A stretch of 63,305 bases of DNA, filler included, from Sphacelaria rigidula (taxonomy: Eukaryota), in assembly GCA_964200075.2 (NCBI GenBank). It is 5 parts of 5 records of this genome, joined end to end, with 100 filler letters (N's around TTAATTAATTAA, not from the genome) between each part and the next. Parts side by side here need not be neighbours in the genome. Positions count along the whole stretch, not along the records: positions 50,726 to 63,305 come from CAXNAA020003608.1; 4 more parts are not named here. The stretch is one strand, 5' to 3'. The position numbers were made by a program, and so were the translations under genes. Within the stretch, counting starts at the first letter, position 1. Each line of letters opens with the position of its first letter. Positions 62,307 to 63,305 of this stretch are shown here, piece after piece. The notes below the pieces were generated by a model. The model saw only the letters and a program-made list of their open reading frames with translations, ran no database searches and was not told the origin of the DNA.

Positions 62307-63305
62307 GTGAGCCGTTTACAGAAATCGGAAATTCGCGATCGTATGTTGTCCTTGATGGAAGCGGTTGATCTCTCCGTGCTCCCACAGTAGATCATGCTGG
62401 TTTGATTTATCCCACCATGAGTTAAAGTCCTATGCTACATGGATATTGATATCTCGCCCAACTTTGAGGCCAGTTTAACAAACCGTGCATTTCGTGAAAC
62501 GACCGATACTCAAACTGGGATCGATCGGGGGGGAAGGAATGAGGAAGAACTGGGAGCTCTGTATTGCCGTGCAATTTCCATCTGGGACATGGATACCAAT
62601 CTGAAACGTTCACCTGGGATGTTAGGATATCCCAGGTGGCCAGTAGTGTAGGATTCGAGTATATACATCCACATAAGACATCCACCTGAAACGTTGATGC
62701 GCGCTCTTAGATATCTAATTGCGATATGAGCTGGTTCACTCTTTCGGCCCGAAATTCTCTCGTCCGCGAATTCTCGCGCCGATTCTTGGAGTAGACTCTT
62801 AGAAATTGCACACATATACTGTGGGTCCTACGAAACGTTCGATGTGCGGTGTTCATCACTTTTTGTTGTTCGCTATTTATTGAGGGTCCCAGGGTCCTGG
62901 GGGGTCATAGGCTCTTTTGAGACCCCCGATTAGTGTCGGAAAAATAAGCAATAAAAAATCCTTATGCATCGAAAGTTTCGCAGTGCCCCATGGAGAATAT
63001 GTGCAAATTTCAGATTCTTGCTCCAACGATGGGTGTGAACACTTTCACCTTTGTGCGATGAAGAGAGCTTGAAAGGTACAGACTCGTATCACCTTGGTTT
63101 AAGTATTGAAACGAATCTTTCGGATACGTTTAGCCCTTTCGGAACCCTCCCCTTTTGTCCCCGTGCCAGACGCCTGAATACTTGAAGCCCTGCCTGACGA
63201 AGAAGAAAAGATGGGAACAATAGAGACCGACGACAACCCTTTTCACGGCGGAAGGTCATAGAAGAACCCACCAGCATAGGTCATGCGCGCACCGAAAATA
63301 TCACC

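Overview
Eukaryotic, intron-rich genomic DNA. The multi-kb GT-AG introns, CAG acceptors, tRNA-derived SINEs and MITEs fit a brown alga (Phaeophyceae) best; this is an inference. The window is not one locus. It is five size-sorted scaffolds (12582, 12582, 12581, 12580, 12580 bp) joined by 100-bp N44-TTAATTAATTAA-N44 spacers, so nothing can be inferred across spacers. Gene models were built by hand from splice sites and phase matching. Scaffold 1 carries a long coiled-coil gene with an HMMR/RHAMM-like N-terminus and a 2.87-kb exon (-). Scaffold 2 carries a secreted DOMON-domain gene (-) and a divergent low-complexity exon (+). Scaffold 3 carries a complete 5-exon gene for a secreted 285-aa Cys-rich protein with two Kre9/Knh1-N-like Ig-fold repeats (+), plus an inverted, convergent paralog with a duplicated, decayed terminal exon. 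Scaffold 4 carries the 3' part of an unknown gene (-). Scaffold 5 carries a ZIF1/ZIFL-like MFS transporter with a Thr-Pro-rich, tandemly duplicated loop (+). Introns hold two or three SINE families, LINE 3' ends, an RT remnant, and piggyBac-, Harbinger- and foldback-type MITEs. I cannot demonstrate a new system. The best leads are the inverted Ig-like gene pair, a 3' motif shared by several retroposon families, a SINE tail that forms a splice donor, and intronic hairpins.
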